DNA from: a virus
Taxonomy: Duplodnaviria; Caudoviricetes
IMG/VR virus record: IMGVR_UViG_3300042516_000861
Coordinates: 1-60,452 of that record
DNA length: 60,452 bases
Strand: one strand, 5' to 3'
The notes below the pieces were generated by a model. That model ran no database searches and was not told where the DNA came from. It saw nothing but the letters and a program-made list of their open reading frames with translations. Position numbers and translations under genes: made by a program. This document shows positions 1-10,534 of this stretch, one piece after another (the stretch's first letter is position 1; each line of letters opens with the position of its first letter).

Positions 1-213
1 GATAAATGCTGTCCTCGCTGCGCCTTTTGCTTCTTTCCTTGGATAGATAGCCCAAAACAAATTGAACTCAGAATCCGAAGGATTCGCTATCTTTATATCT
101 TTATTGGGTATGGGTATGGGTATGGGATGGGTATGGGGCGGTTGAACTTCGCCCTCTGTTACGGTATCTGTTCGCCGTAACCCTCGGGACTTCGCCATCC
201 GCTCAGCGGCTAA
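1..213. repeat. Terminal direct repeat / circular overlap, left copy
   Basis: Bases 1-213 match 60234-60452 except that the right copy has one extra GGGTAT unit. Confidence 0.95.
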
Positions 214-504
214 TTTACGCTCAGTTTCCACCCTCTCCTTGGTAAATTGATACTCGGAGTAAGACAAAATAACTACATTGTCTGCCACGATTTCCCAGAG
301 GTTCGCATCAACTAGAGCAGAGATTCGAGACGACTTGGAGCGAGATTCGATGAAAGTTCGAACGATGTTCAACGGGATTACGCCGTCAGTTAGATAACGG
401 CTCGAATAACAAAGAGCCGTCATGTACAACCTGAACTCATCATCCTTCAATCCTTTAATCTTTGGATGGTCAGGAAACGAATCATCAATTTTTACCCAGG
501 TCAT
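1..504 (-). CDS. Replication initiator (actinophage RepA-like), 5' part; continues across the circular junction to 59982
   Basis: Not in the ORF track. ATG at 504 reads MTWVKIDDSFPDHPKIKGL..., the MxWxKxDDxFxxHPK start typical of actinophage initiators, and runs through the terminal repeat into the 59982-60437 ORF. Confidence 0.8.
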   Translation of the reverse strand, partial: MTWVKIDDSFPDHPKIKGLKDDEFRLYMTALCYSSRYLTDGVIPLNIVRTFIESRSKSSRISALVDANLWEIVADNVVILSYSEYQFTKERVETERKLAAERMAKSRGLRRTDTVTEGEVQPPHTHPIPIPIPNKDIKIANPSDSEFNLFWAIYPRKEAKGAARTAFI

Positions 505-520
505 TCTCTCTCCTCAAGAT

Positions 521-895
521 TTAGAAGTGATGCCCACAATTCGGACATGATTTCTTTTGTTGGCGTAATTCTATTTTTCGATTATCTACGAACTCAGGTA
601 ACACATAGACCTTGCAACGATTACGAGTTTCTTTCAATCTCGCTATTCGCTCGGTCAGATGGAGAACGGACAATACACCCGATGCTGACCCGTGGTGAAG
701 TCCAAGGGCATCAGCCAATTCTTTCCAAGTTGAACCATGTACGCCCCGATTGGCTAGGTAGGTAAGCGCCGCGATTTGGCGCTTACCTGTAGTCCCATCC
801 GCATCCTGAACTCTCGCTCGCTCCTCAGATGAATCTGAACCTGACCAACCCGATGTACCGTTATACGGCGCTTCAGGAAACGCTAACTGTGTCAT
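521..895 (-). CDS. Winged-helix DNA-binding protein with C-terminal CxxC
   Basis: TWKELADALGLHHGSASGVLSVL helix-turn-helix and CPNC; likely start MTQLAF at 895. Confidence 0.6.
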   Translation of the reverse strand: MTQLAFPEAPYNGTSGWSGSDSSEERARVQDADGTTGKRQIAALTYLANRGVHGSTWKELADALGLHHGSASGVLSVLHLTERIARLKETRNRCKVYVLPEFVDNRKIELRQQKKSCPNCGHHF

Positions 896-1547
896 CGCTT
901 GACTCCTTAGTGGTTGAAGTTTCAACTACTGGGGAAGTGCCAACACGGGTCTGAGCCTCCTTGAATGAAATTCGTAGAGTCTCAAGAATCGCTGGCTCAA
1001 TTGAATCTTTGTACTTTGTAATGTAGGCACCCAATTTTGCAAGGGTCTCCAACTCAGATGCTTCAGCAATAGCCTTGGCAAGCGCTGTCGTATCCACTAC
1101 GACCTTTTCGGAGCGCTCGTAACTCTGACTGTCTGGGTCAGGCTCGTCTGTCGGTAGAGATAGCGTTTGGAGGAGAGCGGTGCGAAATGCAACAGACATC
1201 GCCTTTGCGGTTGCCTTGTCTCCTGAGTCCATTGCCTCACCTACTACCGTGGCTTTAATTGCATCGCCACCAGCACCAATGAAAGTGTAGGTAACTTTGA
1301 CTTTTACATGTCCCATGACGGTGCGGTTCTTGCCGATTTCAACTGAGGCGTATTCATAATCCTCAACTGATGGCACAACAATCACGCCATACTTTTGAAG
1401 TGCAGGTGATACTGCATTTACAACTGCATCAATTCCACGGAAGTTAAATCCCTGGGATGCGTTGCGGTCATTCTTCTTAACTGCTCCAACTTGCTTCATC
1501 ACTTCATTGAGTGCTTGAGCAATGGTCAAGACTTTAGTTTCTGACAT
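873..1547 (-). CDS. ERF-family single-strand annealing protein
   Basis: YxFRGID-like FNFRGIDAV and GEAMDSGDKATAKAMSVAFRTAL...DPD motifs. Confidence 0.85.
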   Translation of the reverse strand: MSETKVLTIAQALNEVMKQVGAVKKNDRNASQGFNFRGIDAVVNAVSPALQKYGVIVVPSVEDYEYASVEIGKNRTVMGHVKVKVTYTFIGAGGDAIKATVVGEAMDSGDKATAKAMSVAFRTALLQTLSLPTDEPDPDSQSYERSEKVVVDTTALAKAIAEASELETLAKLGAYITKYKDSIEPAILETLRISFKEAQTRVGTSPVVETSTTKESSDDTVSVS

Positions 1548-1559
1548 TTGATTCTCTCT

Positions 1560-2102
1560 CTACTCGGTTATGAACTTGACTGATGTTTGTCCAGGTACAA
1601 CTTCAACATCAGGGATAATTTCACCCTGGGTTGATATTAGTACACCTTCCTCGGAAATCAAAACCTTTAACGCAGATTTGTCTACATCAGTTTTGATTCG
1701 TAGGAGTGCTGGGTCATTTACCTTTGCCCATTCAATGAATTTAGATTCATCTTTGAACTCAATGCGTGACTGACCAGCGGTGGTCTTGAGTGTGCCGTGG
1801 GGCAAAGTTACCGTTTTGCGACCTTCAGAGCGCTGTAGCAGCGCGTATGGGGTCAGAACTGCCTCAAAGTACAGGGCATCTCGGTCTAGGGCTGTATTGA
1901 CCGTTGAGAGCCATTCTGTGATGCGGATAATCTCTGCATCGTAGATGGCTTTATTCTCGGCTTGCTTACGGCGAATGACGGCTAATTTGCGAATTGCCCA
2001 ATCAGCCTTTTGGTCATTATCAACGACAAAGCCCTCATTTTCCGCTGAGATTGAAGATACAGCGGGATTATCGAACTCATTTATATCTGGTTGTGTTGTC
2101 AT
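1560..2102 (-). CDS. Mu Gam-like host nuclease inhibitor
   Basis: ADWAIRKL coiled coil and KTVTLPHGTL...VDKSALK; likely start MTTQPD at 2102 after a GAGAGGAG RBS. Confidence 0.75.
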   Translation of the reverse strand: MTTQPDINEFDNPAVSSISAENEGFVVDNDQKADWAIRKLAVIRRKQAENKAIYDAEIIRITEWLSTVNTALDRDALYFEAVLTPYALLQRSEGRKTVTLPHGTLKTTAGQSRIEFKDESKFIEWAKVNDPALLRIKTDVDKSALKVLISEEGVLISTQGEIIPDVEVVPGQTSVKFITE

Positions 2103-2122
2103 GTTGCTCCTCTCATAGCGAG

Positions 2123-2152
2123 AGGATACACACCCCCAGTTGGGTATGTCAA
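2123..2152 (-). promoter_or_regulatory. Sigma70/SigA-like promoter with AACTGGGGG box
   Basis: TTGACA-18-TATCCT upstream of the gam-like gene; spacer carries the recurrent phage box. Confidence 0.6.
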
Positions 2153-2155
2153 GTC

Positions 2156-2434
2156 CTACAAGCCGATGATTTGCCCAACATATATGGAGCCACCGACAAT
2201 GGCAGCAATAATCAAAGCCCCAACAGTACGAACTACCCACTCGGAGCGTGATTCCATCTTTGCAACTCTGTCGGTGATGGTTTCCATCGCCTGTTGAAAG
2301 CGAGCAGAATCAGATGAGTAGACATCGCGGCGAACATAAGTCTCACCGATATTTGTATTGATTTGTTTGACTTCCGTGGTTAGGTCATCAAGTCTACGCA
2401 TAATTTCCCCGAGGGTTACTTCGTGTTCCGCCAT
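2156..2434 (-). CDS. Lysis-cassette membrane protein (coiled coil plus C-terminal TM)
   Basis: Directly downstream of the endolysin; hydrophobic C-terminus VVRTVGALIIAAIVGG. Confidence 0.6.
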   Translation of the reverse strand: MAEHEVTLGEIMRRLDDLTTEVKQINTNIGETYVRRDVYSSDSARFQQAMETITDRVAKMESRSEWVVRTVGALIIAAIVGGSIYVGQIIGL

Positions 2435-2436
2435 GA

Positions 2437-2943
2437 TTATCCTTTGAACTTAGGGCGACCAAAGCCGACAACTGCAAGAGGTAATCCTTTTTTAGCGCTC
2501 TTTTTGTAAGCGCGAACCTTCTTGGCAACTTGTCCACCGTTTCGCTGGTCACCTTTCTTGTCGGGGCTGGTATTTCCTTCGATACAGGTAACTGTTCCGT
2601 CACCGTTATCTTTCAAAACAATTCCTACATGAGAAATCCGATTGACCCCATCCATCGGGAAATCAAAATAGGCAATATCTCCAGGCTGAGGAGTTGCTGT
2701 TTCTGCATCCTCCCAGGCGTTAGCCTTCTTGTACGCGGTAGCGCCAGCCAAAGTTGAGACTGTATTTACAATCTTTACTCCTGCTTCGTTTCCGCACCAC
2801 ATTACGAAACTTCCGCACCATGGTAAGAAGTTAGCCTTTGTGTAAGCGCCGTATTTTGTCTCATTATCTTTTGGACCTTCAATGGTCCCCAACTCTGCTC
2901 GGGCTACCGAGAGGAAAAGTTCGACTGAGCCTTTTTCTGCCAT
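2437..2943 (-). CDS. Endolysin, CHAP-domain amidase/peptidase
   Basis: PWCGSFV catalytic Cys, PQPGDIAYF, SHVGIV, IEGNT motifs. Confidence 0.85.
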   Translation of the reverse strand: MAEKGSVELFLSVARAELGTIEGPKDNETKYGAYTKANFLPWCGSFVMWCGNEAGVKIVNTVSTLAGATAYKKANAWEDAETATPQPGDIAYFDFPMDGVNRISHVGIVLKDNGDGTVTCIEGNTSPDKKGDQRNGGQVAKKVRAYKKSAKKGLPLAVVGFGRPKFKG

Positions 2944-3233
2944 TACTTTGCCGACTTCTTTGATACTGCTTTCTTCGCAGGTGCCTTCTTAGTAAGTTTC
3001 TTCAGACCTTCATTTGCCACCACTTCAGCAATTCTGCCGAACATTGGGTCTTGCTTATTGATGTAGCGAAGTGCTACTGGAAGGACTGCCGCGATACCTG
3101 AAGCCAAAATTGCCTTGGCTGTATCTGCATCAAGAGCGAACAGGTCTCCCCCTGTTGCCATGAAAGTTGCTGTGACTGCCGCTAAGAATGAGCGACCATA
3201 AGATGCGAGCATTGCTTTTTGCTGTGCGTTCAT
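2943..3233 (-). CDS. Holin-like membrane protein
   Basis: Two hydrophobic segments, basic C-terminus, adjacent to the endolysin. Confidence 0.65.
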   Translation of the reverse strand: MNAQQKAMLASYGRSFLAAVTATFMATGGDLFALDADTAKAILASGIAAVLPVALRYINKQDPMFGRIAEVVANEGLKKLTKKAPAKKAVSKKSAK

Positions 3234-3275
3234 TGTGAACTCCTCTACTAGATGTGTAAATAATAACCTATCAGT

Positions 3276-3959
3276 TTATGAACCAAGGTAGGTTAAGGAT
3301 AGAGCATTGAAATAACCTGTATGGTCTACTCCCCCGACACTCAGAATCAAATCATTGTCAGGGTTATGGTCATGATGAACTCCCATACGAATGAAGTCTC
3401 CCTTAGTAAAAGTGATAGGTATTGAACTAACCGCCATGTGGTATCCATGTTCTTTTGTTGTTAATACACCATCTTGTCTAGCGATTTCCTGTGTGCCTTT
3501 TTCAATAAATACAGAGCAATAGCCGCTATTTTGCCCTTCCCATAAAACTGATGCGGTGGCAATGTAACGACCAGTAACAGGGATTGTAAGTTTTGTAGGG
3601 TCGCTGACTGTCCAGCATCCCCACCCGTCTGAATTATCGGCTTGGAAAGAAACATAGGTGTTCGTATCTTTTGTAACTGTAAGGGCGCTAGTTCGGTAAG
3701 CAACTGGGGCAAGAGTTCTATCTGCGCCAGCAACCATTCCAATACCCAGCAAGTCAGCGCCATCGTTAAGGAGCCATACTTGGTCGGATGGCTTTGGAGC
3801 GTAATCGCTCAAGTATCGAACTGAAGGCAAGGTAAAACCATCCCCTGCTATCTGGACATCCATCGTGCGATTAGCATTGACAGTTATGACTGTGCCTTGG
3901 CGTAGCCTGAGTCCAGAGGGTGTTGCCTTAATCTGATTAACGAGGTAACTCAAGTCCAT
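3276..3959 (-). CDS. Minor tail protein
   Basis: Last gene of the tail module; OB-like N-terminus and beta-rich C-terminus. Confidence 0.6.
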   Translation of the reverse strand: MDLSYLVNQIKATPSGLRLRQGTVITVNANRTMDVQIAGDGFTLPSVRYLSDYAPKPSDQVWLLNDGADLLGIGMVAGADRTLAPVAYRTSALTVTKDTNTYVSFQADNSDGWGCWTVSDPTKLTIPVTGRYIATASVLWEGQNSGYCSVFIEKGTQEIARQDGVLTTKEHGYHMAVSSIPITFTKGDFIRMGVHHDHNPDNDLILSVGGVDHTGYFNALSLTYLGS

Positions 3960-5077
3960 TAGAATCTCCTACTTCTGCCAACGGCGTTCATCGTAGAGGT
4001 AGCCGCAAGTGGGATAGTAATTGCATCCAGCATCAAAGTCGCATCAACTCCAGATGGCGAGCGCACAATCTTTACCAAGTCATAAACATCGTGGGCTGGA
4101 TTCACAATTTGGTCCCATGTAATTTTTTCAGATGCTCCGATAACCTTTTTCAACTCAGCGCGAGCCGCTTCCACAGCCTCAGCGACAGTCAGGATGTTAG
4201 GAGATGATTTGAAAATAGGAACTGAGCCATAGGTCGTCACATAAGTAGGGCTAGATGGATTATCGTCAAAAGCCTCACCGATAACGCCGATAGTTAGGTT
4301 TGTTCCCTCGCCTGTATAAATTACATGGTTGTAGGACTCATCGCTTGAGAGATTACGACCTAATTGAGTAAGGACTGAATCTTCGCCATCTGTGTACTCA
4401 ACTAAAGCCTTACCTAAATCTGGGTCTGGGATTGGTCTCATGCGAGCCGTACCGTTTTCATCAAAGTACAAATCCATACCAGCCGACTCAGCAATTTTCA
4501 GACATTCTCGCCAGGGGTCAGAGGACTGGTCAAGAGATGGATAGATAATACTTGTGACTTGACCCGTGGCTGGAAAATCTGTTTTCACATTCGGGTATCG
4601 GTTTTTGAGGATTTGAGCAATCGCTGTTTCTTTTGGAGTGGCATCCTCAATGTAGAAACTATGGTTTGTGAATTTAGCCTTTGCTACCCGAAGGCTTCTA
4701 TCTGAACCCTGGACCGCAACCTTCACACCTTGCGGACTATCTGAAACCTCAACTGTTGTAAGTTGAAAAACACCCAGAGGAACTAATTCTTCGGTTCCGT
4801 CTTGATACTGAATTCCACGATAAATCTTTACTTCACGGTTATAGGGTAGGAGAACTGAGGAGCGGTTATTAGTTGGAACAAGCGTTCCATCTGCATCTAC
4901 GAACTCAAGGCTACATTGCCTACGAACAGAACGGCGACTATCAATCGTTACTTCTCCACCTATCGGGGATACCGTACTCAAAATGTTTCCGTTAGCAGTA
5001 TCGTAAATCTCTATCTTGATTTTAGAGATATGAGACTTTCGAACTGACGAAAGAAATGTGTCAGTTACGGGATACAT
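3959..5077 (-). CDS. Minor tail / baseplate hub protein (DUF5047-like)
   Basis: GGEVTID...VRRQCSL and ELVPLGVF motifs typical of actinophage minor tail proteins; position after the tape measure. Confidence 0.7.
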   Translation of the reverse strand: MYPVTDTFLSSVRKSHISKIKIEIYDTANGNILSTVSPIGGEVTIDSRRSVRRQCSLEFVDADGTLVPTNNRSSVLLPYNREVKIYRGIQYQDGTEELVPLGVFQLTTVEVSDSPQGVKVAVQGSDRSLRVAKAKFTNHSFYIEDATPKETAIAQILKNRYPNVKTDFPATGQVTSIIYPSLDQSSDPWRECLKIAESAGMDLYFDENGTARMRPIPDPDLGKALVEYTDGEDSVLTQLGRNLSSDESYNHVIYTGEGTNLTIGVIGEAFDDNPSSPTYVTTYGSVPIFKSSPNILTVAEAVEAARAELKKVIGASEKITWDQIVNPAHDVYDLVKIVRSPSGVDATLMLDAITIPLAATSTMNAVGRSRRF

Positions 5078-5502
5078 TATGGAGCGCCTACCTCAAAGTA
5101 ATTAACCTTGGCGTTGCGGATAAGGTTTCCAATTGGTCCAATTTCTGTCCAAGTTCTATCTACAAAGCGAACATACTTTTGGCGACCTAGCGGGTCATGC
5201 ACATGGAGAATTCCCTGATATGTCAGAACTGGGTAGAGGTTATCCCACTCGGCTTCACCCTGAGTGGTGAACTCATAGGAGCCATCAATTCCATAGATGC
5301 TCGTAGCAATAACAATTGTCTTTGATGCACCAAGGGGCTTAAATTGTCCGTAAGATTCCACAATCTGCGAATTCAAAGGTTGTTGAACTCTAAGTGAACG
5401 CACCGCAATTGTTGGATTTTGAATAGCAGTAAAAGACCAAATCTTAGGATTTGTAATCTGAATTGGCTCTGTTGATACATAGCCTGATGAGAGAATAGCC
5501 AT
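5077..5502 (-). CDS. Minor tail protein
   Basis: Synteny and coupled start/stop codons in the tail operon. Confidence 0.55.
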   Translation of the reverse strand: MAILSSGYVSTEPIQITNPKIWSFTAIQNPTIAVRSLRVQQPLNSQIVESYGQFKPLGASKTIVIATSIYGIDGSYEFTTQGEAEWDNLYPVLTYQGILHVHDPLGRQKYVRFVDRTWTEIGPIGNLIRNAKVNYFEVGAP

Positions 5503-7091
5503 TAGATTTCAGCCCTCGCCTTCGCACGATAAATTACGGTTGTATCAAGAGGAACTTCATAATCATCCAAGGTAGCAATTTGTGATGCCGATGCCGTTAC
5601 TGGACTGTTTCGAACTGTTTCGAATGTTGTTCCAGCATTTTCTGAGCGCTCAACAACAAATGAGAATGTAGTAAACCCGCCGCGTGTCCAGACTGGATTA
5701 TCACCCGCGTGGAAAGCAATCTTGTCTACGAAATGAGTCTCGCCCGAACCAGCACTTGCAATCTTTACGATTACTTGAGCATGGGTCGCTGTTGCTGGCG
5801 CTGTACCAGAAACATTGCACTCATTCCATGCACTAGATGAATCGTTCTCTGCTGTTCCAAAAACTGTAGAGATTGCGGTTCCACTTGTATTGAGCCAGAT
5901 GATTCCAACAGAGCAAGCGCGAGCGGTGGTTCCAGCCCTGAACTCAGCGGTAGCCGAGAACTTATTGTTAGCCGTTACTGCGAACTTAGTAGCCGTGGTA
6001 GTTGATGCCGTCATATCTCCAGCCGAACCCGAGAGAACTGCGAGGGAAGCAGCCCCGCTTGAATACTGGTCTGTACTGCGAGAGATAGAGCAATTCGTGA
6101 CAGCCGCCCACCCAGTTGTATTTGTTTCAATGGATGCTTGATTAGCAGAAAGAGCGTTTGTGCGACCAAAAATTGTTACTGTAACTGCCCCCGAATTTGA
6201 ATCATAGAAAGCCGATACGGTTGGAGTTGCTGGAGAATCAATGGCAAGAGCAAATTGTGAAAATGCCCAGGCACTAAAGTAATTCACGCCATTGATAAGA
6301 GAAGCAACTCGAACATAGGCTCGGTAGGTAGTGCTGTTGGCAAGGTCACCTTCAAGAGTTTGACCGTTATTTGTGGATGTGATGATTCCAGTACCAATAA
6401 TCGGTGTGGATGTATCTGGACTAAAAGTTGCCCCACCATAAGTAGCCGCATCAAAGATTTTAATTTCATAGGCAGACTGAGGGCTACCGTCAGAAAATAC
6501 TGGAGTCCATGTGACTGAAGGGAAAGATGTATCTGTGACAGTTCCAGATGGTGCCGTAACGCTTACGGTAGGGCGTGGAGCAGTCTCTACATCAATATAA
6601 AGCGCGTAAAGAGTTGTTCGGTTGGTTGGGTCTGGTGGCAGAACTGCTGAGCCTGTAGCGCCATCCGTGAACTTCACTACGAGATTATCAAGAAGTGTTT
6701 GTGTCCAAGTAGCACCATTTGGGGCGCTTGTTAATTTGATACCTAAGTCGAAAGTTGTCGCTGTAACTATGCCCTGCTTTGAGACTGGGATGCCATAAGT
6801 AACGGTGCGACCATTACGGTCTGTAATGACACCGATGCTGAACTGAGCAAGTGAATCTGCCGCTACAGCCGAAATACGAGCGCGAAGATTGATTGAGGTA
6901 ATGGTTTCATCGGCTGACAAAGTGGTGGTTGCGAACTCGGTCTCGTATGAGGCGGGTACGGTTGTGCTGGTACGGAGCAGGAAAGTGCCATCGCTATCGT
7001 CTGCTAAAACTGCGTGGTCAGAGCCACCTGTACCTGTAAATAGTGTGTCGCCATTCCAGTTGGCATTAGGGCGAAGTGTGTACGAAGCCAT
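5502..7091 (-). CDS. Minor tail protein with Ig/Fn3-like and carbohydrate-binding-like domains
   Basis: Follows the tape measure; Thr/Ser beta-rich; SIETNTTGW...FVDKIAF CBM-like segment. Confidence 0.6.
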   Translation of the reverse strand: MASYTLRPNANWNGDTLFTGTGGSDHAVLADDSDGTFLLRTSTTVPASYETEFATTTLSADETITSINLRARISAVAADSLAQFSIGVITDRNGRTVTYGIPVSKQGIVTATTFDLGIKLTSAPNGATWTQTLLDNLVVKFTDGATGSAVLPPDPTNRTTLYALYIDVETAPRPTVSVTAPSGTVTDTSFPSVTWTPVFSDGSPQSAYEIKIFDAATYGGATFSPDTSTPIIGTGIITSTNNGQTLEGDLANSTTYRAYVRVASLINGVNYFSAWAFSQFALAIDSPATPTVSAFYDSNSGAVTVTIFGRTNALSANQASIETNTTGWAAVTNCSISRSTDQYSSGAASLAVLSGSAGDMTASTTTATKFAVTANNKFSATAEFRAGTTARACSVGIIWLNTSGTAISTVFGTAENDSSSAWNECNVSGTAPATATHAQVIVKIASAGSGETHFVDKIAFHAGDNPVWTRGGFTTFSFVVERSENAGTTFETVRNSPVTASASQIATLDDYEVPLDTTVIYRAKARAEI

Positions 7092-10000
7092 TATTTAGCC
7101 GCCAATTCCTTAGCCAAGATTGCAAATGTCTGTTCAATCTTATCGGTAATCATCTTGATTTCTTCTTCAGTATTTGCCGCACCGCGAGTATTGACGACAA
7201 CTTGGAAAGCGCCTTGCTGAATGAACTGATTGTTGCCTGATGTGCGTGTAGCAAGTTCAGCCTCGGTTAGACGGTTGAGTTGAGCCTGGGCATTACCAAT
7301 CAATCCACCAAAAGCCGCATCCGCACCGTACTGACCAATTGCTGCACCAGAGAATGAGATAGCCTTTTGTAGCGAGTTAATCTGTTGGATAGCCTCTGCA
7401 CCGCCACCAAGAATTGATGCCGCAAGTTGAGCGCCCTTGACTGGTCCAGATTCAATAATGTCTTTAAGAGCGCCTGAATCCAAGCCCATCGCCTGAAGCG
7501 TGGCAATCTGCTGAGCGAACTGATTGCTCTTATCAAGGCGCTGGCGCATATTCTCAATAAGAGATTTAGCCTTTGGAACAAATCCATCTGGCAACTCAAT
7601 GCTCTTTAGACCAGCAAATCCTAGGATTGTGTCTTTAAGGCTATCAGCAAAATCAGCCGATGCGTTACGAAGGTCATCCAGGACATTTTTAATTGAGTCA
7701 ATACCTGCTTGCATTGCTTCACGGATAGCCTTCATACGGTCAGCCGCTTTGAGTGCATCTTCAACCGCCGAGGTGTCATCTGCTATGTCGGAGGCTTCGT
7801 TGTATTTTTTCTTTTCTTCTTCCAAGATATTGCCAAAACCTAAACCTTCTTTTAGGCTATCTTTAATCTTATTGATAAAGTTACTAATTCCATTTCCTAC
7901 CGCGGCTGAAAAATCTGTGTTGTCTGCGAACTCCATCATGGTTGCAGAAAGACCAATAAGGAACTGACCTGCCTGTTCTGATTTGGCTGCAATACCATCA
8001 ATAAATGAGCCGACTGTTCTTGCAAAATCAAAGTCTTTTACATCTTGAATCGCATCAATCATGGTGTCTATTGCTGAAGAAGCCATTTTTGCGCCAGAAA
8101 CCATAACTTCAAGAATCTTTGCGCCGTTATCCTTGCCGCCAAATTGTTCTACTTTAACGGCAAAATCGGTCAGAACTTTTTCTGTTGCTCTTAATCCTTT
8201 TTCAACTCCTGCACCAATTCCGCCAATTTTATTTACAGCAGTTTCTACTCCAGTTACAATTCCATCAAAGGCTTTTTTACCAAATCCAACTAAGGTTCCA
8301 GCAAAACCTGTAACTAATGTTCTACCAGCATCTAAACCGCTACGAATACTGGCGGCAATTTCAGGACCAATTTTAGGCAATTTTTCAATAAGGTCAGCAA
8401 GTTTTCTAATAAATACTGTCATCTTGTCGTAAACAAAACCGAGGAACTCACCAATGTTTGAGGCAATGTTTTCTAAAACATTAAAAATTCCACCAGCAAC
8501 ATTACTTATCACATTTAAGATTGATAAAAATGCTTTTTTGCCTCCCAAAAATAGGTCATTGAAGGCTCCTACAAGGTCAGCAATTGTTCCCACAATAAAT
8601 GCAAGAACTCTAATTATTCCTTCAACAACCAAAGAAATAATTTTGATAATTCCGTTAAAGATAGTTTTAACAACATCATATAAAGTTCCTTGGCTCTCCA
8701 TAAGGTTGATAAAGGCGTTAATAATAGATTGAATAACAACAAGTTGGAATTGATAATAAGTTAAAACTATATCCATAATGAACTCAAATACCTTGGCTAC
8801 AACTTCTGCTACGAAACCAAGAACTTTGATATAAGAAGATAAACCTATAAGAACATTTCCAATAGCCTTTACGATAAAGGCAAAAACTTTTACTGTAATT
8901 TTCATTACGAAGTTAAACACCTTACCCACGACCCTAGCAAAATCTTCATTTGTAGCCATGAGATAACCGAAGGCGGCAAGAAGGGCAACAATAAGACCGA
9001 TATAAACCCCAATTGGGTTCATAGCCATAATCATATTAAGTTTTCCTTGTTGGATTGCTAAGAATCCAGTAACGGTTGCTTGAGCAGTCATCAGCGCTGT
9101 CTGAATTTTCGTATAGGCATTTAATATGAAAACTTGGGCTAAGTAAGCGCCAACTCCAATAGCCAAAATACCGAAAACTACGGCAACTGTTTTGAAAACG
9201 CCAGCGTATGTTTTTACAAAATTTATACTTGTGCGGACTATTGTTGCGAGAGCGTTAATAGCCTTGGCTAGAACGGCAACTGCTACTACCGAGAGAGCGC
9301 TCATGGCTTTTGCAATAGCAGTAAATACTGGAAGTAATGGTTTGAAGGCATTAACGAGATTTATCATTGCGGTTCTTACCTGTGTAGAGGTAGCCGCAAG
9401 TACAACTAAAGCAACTGGCAAAGGAGACAATTTAGCCAATATCTGACCGAAAATTGGTATAGCGCTAAACAACTGTTTTCCAGCCATTACAGCAAATGCT
9501 GAACCAACTGAAGCAAGAACAGGAAGTAACATTTCAAATTTTTCAGCCATAGAAACTATGGTTGTTTGAGAACTTTTTAATACTCCATCTAATTGCTCAA
9601 CTGGTGCCTTAGCCTCAGTAAACTTCTTTATCATGTCGCCAATGTAAGTTAAAAAGGCTGTTATGGGAGCGGTAAGTTTTACAATTACCATTTCCAATGC
9701 TTTCATTACATTTTTGAAAGTTTCACTATTCGTAAGTGCTTTAGATATGTTTTTGTAAACATCATAAAAAGCCTTAATCATTGGACCTAAGCCTTTTAGA
9801 AGAACTCCACCAATTGCTACTTGAATTTCATTAGTTATACGCTTAAAAGAACGGAGGACTTTTCCTGGGCTATCCATAGCCGCCTCGTAAACTCCAGCAA
9901 CTTTAGCCGCTTCTGCGAGCGCACCCGTGGCAACTGCGGTCTGTTTTTCTTGATATGTTAAAGCATTGGCTGACTTTCCAATACTTCTAGCAAATGTTTC

Positions 10001-10534
10001 GTACATCTGCCCAGCAGATTTTTGAATACCAACTGATTTGAGAACTTCGCTTCGACCTGTAATAACGGCGTGTGTGAGCATATTAAATGTCTCGGTTGAG
10101 TTCTTACCAGATACAACTGCGAGGTCCTGAGCCGCTCTAGCCAACTGAGAGGCATAGGCTAAATCTAAATTGTTCTGGGCGAACTTAATGGCTGATTGCT
10201 GGGCAATCTCCATTTCAATACCCATGTCTTTTGTGGCTATCGCCGCATCTCTAATTGCTTGATAGCCCATACCCGTTGCTTTTCCAACGGCGTTCATGGA
10301 AACATCCAACTCGTCTACGCGAGCCGCTGCCATAAATGCCTGAGTACCAAAAGCAATCATCGTTGCGGTTGCAGCACCCGCCGCAATTCCGATACCCAAG
10401 ACCGCACCGCGAAGGCGTGAACTGCCTTCAGAGAAAGAATTCATGGACTGGGTAGCCTGTTGCATACCCTTGGTGAACTGTGCTGTTTCAGCGGTTAGCC
10501 GAGCGCGAACTTCCATGGTTGGAGTTTCTGCCAT
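7091..10534 (-). CDS. Tape measure protein
   Basis: 1147 aa, Ala/Ile-rich helical with hydrophobic repeats, after the tail tube and chaperone genes. Confidence 0.9.
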   Translation of the reverse strand: MAETPTMEVRARLTAETAQFTKGMQQATQSMNSFSEGSSRLRGAVLGIGIAAGAATATMIAFGTQAFMAAARVDELDVSMNAVGKATGMGYQAIRDAAIATKDMGIEMEIAQQSAIKFAQNNLDLAYASQLARAAQDLAVVSGKNSTETFNMLTHAVITGRSEVLKSVGIQKSAGQMYETFARSIGKSANALTYQEKQTAVATGALAEAAKVAGVYEAAMDSPGKVLRSFKRITNEIQVAIGGVLLKGLGPMIKAFYDVYKNISKALTNSETFKNVMKALEMVIVKLTAPITAFLTYIGDMIKKFTEAKAPVEQLDGVLKSSQTTIVSMAEKFEMLLPVLASVGSAFAVMAGKQLFSAIPIFGQILAKLSPLPVALVVLAATSTQVRTAMINLVNAFKPLLPVFTAIAKAMSALSVVAVAVLAKAINALATIVRTSINFVKTYAGVFKTVAVVFGILAIGVGAYLAQVFILNAYTKIQTALMTAQATVTGFLAIQQGKLNMIMAMNPIGVYIGLIVALLAAFGYLMATNEDFARVVGKVFNFVMKITVKVFAFIVKAIGNVLIGLSSYIKVLGFVAEVVAKVFEFIMDIVLTYYQFQLVVIQSIINAFINLMESQGTLYDVVKTIFNGIIKIISLVVEGIIRVLAFIVGTIADLVGAFNDLFLGGKKAFLSILNVISNVAGGIFNVLENIASNIGEFLGFVYDKMTVFIRKLADLIEKLPKIGPEIAASIRSGLDAGRTLVTGFAGTLVGFGKKAFDGIVTGVETAVNKIGGIGAGVEKGLRATEKVLTDFAVKVEQFGGKDNGAKILEVMVSGAKMASSAIDTMIDAIQDVKDFDFARTVGSFIDGIAAKSEQAGQFLIGLSATMMEFADNTDFSAAVGNGISNFINKIKDSLKEGLGFGNILEEEKKKYNEASDIADDTSAVEDALKAADRMKAIREAMQAGIDSIKNVLDDLRNASADFADSLKDTILGFAGLKSIELPDGFVPKAKSLIENMRQRLDKSNQFAQQIATLQAMGLDSGALKDIIESGPVKGAQLAASILGGGAEAIQQINSLQKAISFSGAAIGQYGADAAFGGLIGNAQAQLNRLTEAELATRTSGNNQFIQQGAFQVVVNTRGAANTEEEIKMITDKIEQTFAILAKELAAK

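Noticed and set aside
1-213. Physical terminal repeat of the virion DNA
   Set aside because: It falls in the middle of the initiator gene at a microsatellite, so an assembly overlap of a circular contig is more likely
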